NCBI GenBank assembly: GCA_903772945.1
Contig: CAICTM010000053.1
Span: 124,001 to 148,951 of the forward strand
Reading direction: 5' to 3'
DNA from: Seminavis robusta
Taxonomy: Eukaryota
DNA length: 24,951 nucleotides
Shown: one piece after another, positions 21,201 to 24,951 of the stretch
Layout of the letters: every line of letters starts with the position of its first letter
Position numbering within the stretch: position 1 is the stretch's first letter
Notes under the pieces: model-generated
What the model was told of the DNA's origin: nothing
Database searches by the model: none
What the model saw: only the letters and a program-made list of their open reading frames with translations
Position numbers and translations under genes: made by a program

Positions 21201-21719
21201 GTGCCTATCGCCGGTTGTCTCGGTGGTGTGGATGGGTGATTGAGCCACGCCGCCTGGCTGCTGTTGCAACGGTATTCTTGCCCTCCGCTGTCGTCTGGCT
21301 CGTTGCTTGGCCTTTTCCTGTCTTCGGATCTCCTGCTCTTCAGCAATCCGCTGCATATTGATAATAGCATCAAACGCTTGTTGAATTGTTTTCTCGGAAG
21401 CTGGGGCATCCCGACCCATGCCTGACCCAAAGATGCGATCTATTCGGCCTTCCTTTTCCCACAGAATCATCATATTCATTTCGCTCGGGCGGATTCGGGC
21501 GCCCTCCTCCGCAGCCCTCCTGAAGTACTGTATCCGATGCTGCGGGATATCTCCTCCCTCATCCATGGACTTGAAGTCCGCGACGCTTTTCTCCATTGGG
21601 CCCTTGATCCTGTCATCATAGCCAATCAAGACGCGCCCACAATCTTCCTCTTCTGACCACCTAAGGCGAGAAATGCAGTCGCCTGCAGTGCGCAGCTTAA
21701 TCTTTCCTCCCTCCGACAT
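18204..21719 (-). CDS. Four-domain putative RNA end-repair protein: MJ1316(DUF504) + EEP phosphoesterase + 2H phosphoesterase + poly(A) polymerase-like nucleotidyltransferase, 1171 aa
   Basis: MJ1316: KLRTAGDCISRLRW...IGYDDRIKG...DIPQHRIQYFRR...LWEKEGRIDRIFGSG (aa ~8-99). EEP: WNV (215), LQE256V, VHLP, GD394FN, RIDRV, S487DH. 2H: PH551ITL and PH645VTL. PAP-like: YG764S, SD777ID779, VD846LV, LRLLKLWAFRRQIYGASVGFIGGGGWALL. The gene is intronless. Confidence 0.9.
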   Translation of the reverse strand: MSEGGKIKLRTAGDCISRLRWSEEEDCGRVLIGYDDRIKGPMEKSVADFKSMDEGGDIPQHRIQYFRRAAEEGARIRPSEMNMMILWEKEGRIDRIFGSGMGRDAPASEKTIQQAFDAIINMQRIAEEQEIRRQEKAKQRARRQRRARIPLQQQPGGVAQSPIHTTETTGDRHVWSNESWFTFSGDESSWTAGGFEKSKVAPNSGPERNLTCVAWNVLFDEFKETRLFDGDNANERWALAIVILGAAKADLIALQEVTPEFVELLCGASWVREEYAVSVAPGATSCVEPFGNLLLWRRDSLKAFSPALGVSVLSDGPRKRAVVSCLQSVQDPTAVFVCACVHLPCDATGADEVRLSRATARRRELNAIAAKLQSVEQQLASSPARAVVPIVLGDFNSDAAVQELEEGGFIWKNQRGFLVDSWPLVSNGRDGFTYDPDENERARHSVRGKRRIDRVLVGCRGNAPMLNPSDGKLLGAESGIEGVPPPSDHYGLSVSFGWQTKALARRDRRCLAGHNGWAGTVLPSTDTLLAVTLSQPDMPLFDTESSLPVPHITLLNGFAELLSMESRELATKAVTDAVERFLEATQQCEIPFDKDSLTVFEHRSSASLVAKAGCKWLESLYQSLRAVFPLCDEQESRFVDGWTPHVTLGKYGTEAEARNQANGWVSEGLWFQGTRSVPAEAVVIYQRDPRDRKFYAVATVPLERKPRNLQACPPREFMNDAGASLSSYYLKSSTPFFSTIERVCRDCIREMSGRQLEASLRKYGSCNFHASLPTISDIDAVVDVAPRAGVASGLPNLSGSAFWQLVAARLQSIHKNAKIRLRIAGANGTAIQFLTVKVCPQAPSVDLVLNLRDANGEPLMGSAASDSIEDSRQILNELRAQERGNAVVVVFEGALRLLKLWAFRRQIYGASVGFIGGGGWALLLARAMCIGLNTGGLVLAVDEGGSIGDACQDVLSYFFAEMLRSWEHAIFNLREEATTASDAAKDTVISRGTIAVLAPCSGENFARNATRSTTATMLKELQRANALIKTGSFEDLFYPLSQTEVLQEQTSVFFLEVSIGRLVAQGACLPEVKAWAACQMLQAMVALERELGDASALRPFSRPVRIKGKLLYIATVASVGVDLEPVLRKRRTCLEPSVAGLCRRQNQTTEGNPFVQMNFLAADAFQNQFGA

Positions 21720-22179
21720 GCCTTCTTTCTCTCCTTCGTGTTTGTTCCTCTACTTTACTTTTTGAATCGATTCTTTTAATTTGTGGTCTTGTTGCTTTTC
21801 GATGTTATTTTGTTGTGTGTGTTGCCTGATGCTTGGGAGGATGGTTATTACCAAAAAGGCAAACAGGCACATGCATCCGATGCATGCAGGTTTCATTCTC
21901 TCCCAAGATCTATCAACGATTGGACACAATAACCTTAACCCTCTGATTCCATAAAAGCCTGCAAGGTTGCAAGAACCCCCTCAAACATCCTTCTCCAAGA
22001 TTCGGCTTTTTTTCTGCGTTCATCTCCTGTTTCCTCAGTTTGCACTTGTGCAATCCAGCCATTGTAGCCAGCTACGGTACCGGTACCATAGGCAGAGAGT
22101 TACATGGTCCGTGACAGTGGCAACAGTACCGAACACACTCAGGTTCCGCTTTATTGGCTACACTCCGTTTACCGGTACC

Positions 22180-24951
22180 TTGCATTGGATCCTTATGACG
22201 AGGGGTGTAAAATACTCGTTAGTTTAACAAACTATGGCCACGGAGTGGCTTTAGTGACGCGGGCAATGGGTGGGGAAGCCCCCACCTAGCTGAGTCGTCA
22301 TCCACATAAATTCTGCGCAGTGCGTGTCAGTTCATTCTCAAGGGGCCCGGATGGGCCCCCCATTAGTGGACAATGCTGCACTCTCGTGCAGGAGAAGCTG
22401 GCAAGGGCAGCACCTGGAGCGCAAGGCAATACCCAGGATTTGAAAGCATGTTACTCATTTGTAGTGGTTCGGCCAGTTTGGAGTAGGTGTGCATTGATCG
22501 TTGAAGTTGTTGTTGTGTTCGGCGGTGGTAGTTGTGCGAGTCGTCCATGGGCAGCCCTAGCCAGGTTGATGGTTTCGAGCCAGCGAAGGGTTTTTGGGAG
22601 TGACAGGTTGAGGTTGATTCTCTGTAGTCAAATCGAGGCGCCAGCGGTCGTGTGAGGTAATGTGGCATCACCTTTGGAGTACTCTTTCAGGATTTCCTGT
22701 CGGAGGTTGGAGAGGTGGGAAGTTGGTGGGGTGGTTTGCATGTGGCATCGTTCCTGTGCTCCATGCGAATGAATCCACGTTATTTGCCAAGGATTGCCCG
22801 TGGTGCCTCCTGTTTTCCATGGTAAGTGAGCTCGTGGGCAGCAAAGTGGGATTGCGATATGCCAAGTAGAAAATTCCATACATCCCAGTTTGGCCTGTGC
22901 ACGGAGTCCGTTTACAGTGCTAGGAGTTCCAGATCCCATCCAGAGAGAGGTGTTGTGTCCCTTTTGCCAGTGATGGAGTTGGGTCAGGATCTGTTGGTCA
23001 TCTATGGGGGTCTGTGTGGCGCTTGTGCAAACAAGTTTTCAACTTGGAAAACTCCTGGTTCCACTTTTGGGATGGATGCTGGTCTTGGCACCGTAGCAAA
23101 TGGAGGGTGCTTCGTCAGCTGTTCCACACCGTGGGAATCGCTGTGAGCCTGCCATCGGTTGGCGTTGCAGCTGGCGATCCTACACCACAGTGGCCGTTGC
23201 ATGTTTGGTGACGAACTTTGGATGCCAAGTCTGTCCGTTCCTCATTGCCCACCCATTGCCTCCCAGTTTATAGTGTCCCAGCGCTCTGTCCAATCCGCCT
23301 TCGGAATAGTCGACTGTTAAGAACTCTTTCACTCGCGCTGCTTCTCAGTGTAGCCTTGATTTTGTCTTTCCACAAAGGGCCTCGTGCATCTCACGGGGGT
23401 GAGAACGGCTAGTTTACTTACCATTGTGCCGGAAGATGACGCGCCGTTGGTGAAGGGTAAATTAGTGGCACGGGATGGAGTGATCACTGAGTCCACTGGG
23501 ATTTGCAGCAGTATCCATTTCCAGTTCAGGATTGCCCAGCGGTACGAGGGCAGCCGTGGTACAGGTCGGGTTCCCTGTAACATGTCCTGGGGAGGATGCG
23601 GAGGGCTCCGAGGGCTGTCGTCCTGGTGGCCTTTAACCAATCGGAACTGAACGTCGATCCCCAGTTCCCTGATCTCATCGATACAGCTCGGCCCTCAACA
23701 CGGAGGTCAAAGTCTTTGCTATTGCACTGCGGGTTGAAGAGGGTTTCAAGGGCATGGGGCTGCTTGGCCATCACAAACAATGTAATGCATCCCATAGTTA
23801 TTTCATGGAGAATACAGATGGTGCGCATCACGATTAGTGCCCCAATAGATACCTGCCAGTTCACTTCGAAGTGAAGAATGGGTCACCCGGGGAACCTGGA
23901 CAGAGAACTGGCCGTTGATCGTCCCTGTGGTCGGGCTCCTTCAAGAACGAAAGCTGCAGTGCCAAAAGAATCTTTGTAGGAGCCGTCACTAACCTGAATG
24001 CCGGAGCCAGTCAAGATGGATTTTGCAATCTGGGAGCCATCATCGGTAAAGCGAAGGAGTCCTAGCGCCCATTGGTCCGACTGTGGGAGCTGATCCAGGG
24101 CATCTTGGAGGGATTTGGAGCACAGGGGGGGTGGATGGTCCGAGGCAGATGTCTTCACTGTAGAATCGTCACTGACGGAGAGTCCAGAGGTGGAGTCGCC
24201 ACTGTCAGAGTAATTCATTGGCTCCGAGTCGCACGAGGAAGTGGTTGAAAGTAGGACCAGTTCGGGTTCGTTGGGCGAGGCTTGCACATCGTTACGGACC
24301 ACTGATGTTGTTCTGTAACCAATTGATTTGTGGGTAGGTGCCGAGGGGAGACTGGTGATGGGAGTTGAAGCTTCCATGTTGGGTTGATGTGGGACTGTCC
24401 ATGTGCGAGGAACTGTTGATCGCCGATAGTGTGCACGGCGTCTGCCAGGGTGGATGCGTTCGTAGGGGGTCCAGATCAATCCTTCCCTTTGATACAGGGT
24501 ATCAGATTATGGGTTCCACATCCATGGACAGAAAGAGATGGGGTCTTCCTTCCAAAGGCCGGGTATAAGGTGCGGCCGAATGCGTAGATTCTGTGGGCTG
24601 CCATATTGCTCAATGAGACACTCTCTTAAGGCACCCTGCCAGACGAGGATCAACGACGGGGGTAGGGAATTGGGTTGACGGGGCCATCCCATTCGGTGAA
24701 GGTGGGATTCGACTTTGGTTCCATTGAAGGATTGGGTGCGAAGTTGTTTGCCATCCTCTGTTGCAATATCTGCCACGGTGTTGACATTCAGGAACATTCG
24801 TATGACATTCAGCTGCTTGGGAGTGTGGGCACTGTATCCGTGCTGAGAGAACAGATCCATTAGGAATCGGTCATTGGTGCGCTGTGTGGAGAATCTAGCA
24901 GTGGTGTCCTCCATATTAATGCCAAAATCATCCATCTCTCTCTCCTTTCCC
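22180..24951 (-). mobile_element. Degenerate non-LTR retrotransposon 3' portion with RNase H domain (diatom Ambal-like type), frameshifted; runs off right edge
   Basis: Fragments in shifting frames read DRFLMDLF...LNVIRMFLNVNTVADIATEDG...WPRQP (24507-24935). RNase H motifs follow: VSDGSYK..GTAAFVLEG (~23940-24000), HSSLRSELAGI (~23850-23880), VKGHQDD (~23620-23640), WAILN..MD (~23510-23540). Further down are GHCGVG...FPRCG (~23120-23195) and a C-terminal QAKLG...EHRN (~22750-22900). The left boundary is approximate. Confidence 0.82.

Noticed and set aside
21930..21942. Telomere-like TAACCTTAACCCT
   Set aside because: There are only two imperfect hexamers, which is compatible with chance.
22195..22305. 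HDV-like or hammerhead ribozyme, or SECIS element, in the hairpin cluster
   Set aside because: I could not place the HDV P3/L3 core, the hammerhead CUGANGA/GAAA core or SECIS spacing on either strand.

Overview
This is eukaryotic genomic DNA, most likely from a diatom: it has short GT-AG introns, an ASAFAP-type plastid targeting signal and a DGDG synthase. I can support seven protein-coding genes: (1) a Pro/Thr/Ser-rich surface-type protein running off the left edge, (2) STIMATE/TMEM110, (3) DGDG synthase, (4) a three-exon 4-TM membrane protein, (5) a plastid-targeted 2OG-Fe(II) oxygenase with a 15-nt microexon, (6) an uncharacterised type II membrane 'YLHNKG' protein, and (7) an intronless, GC-richer 1171-aa four-domain protein (MJ1316 + EEP + 2H phosphoesterase + poly(A)-polymerase-like NTase). 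Gene 7 is the standout. It looks like a single-polypeptide RNA 3'-end 'heal-and-tail' repair enzyme and is a horizontal-transfer candidate. It lies between a 50-bp palindromic tandem array and a frameshifted RNase H-bearing non-LTR retrotransposon. The intergenic DNA is strongly enriched in TACCGGTA/TACGGTA motifs.
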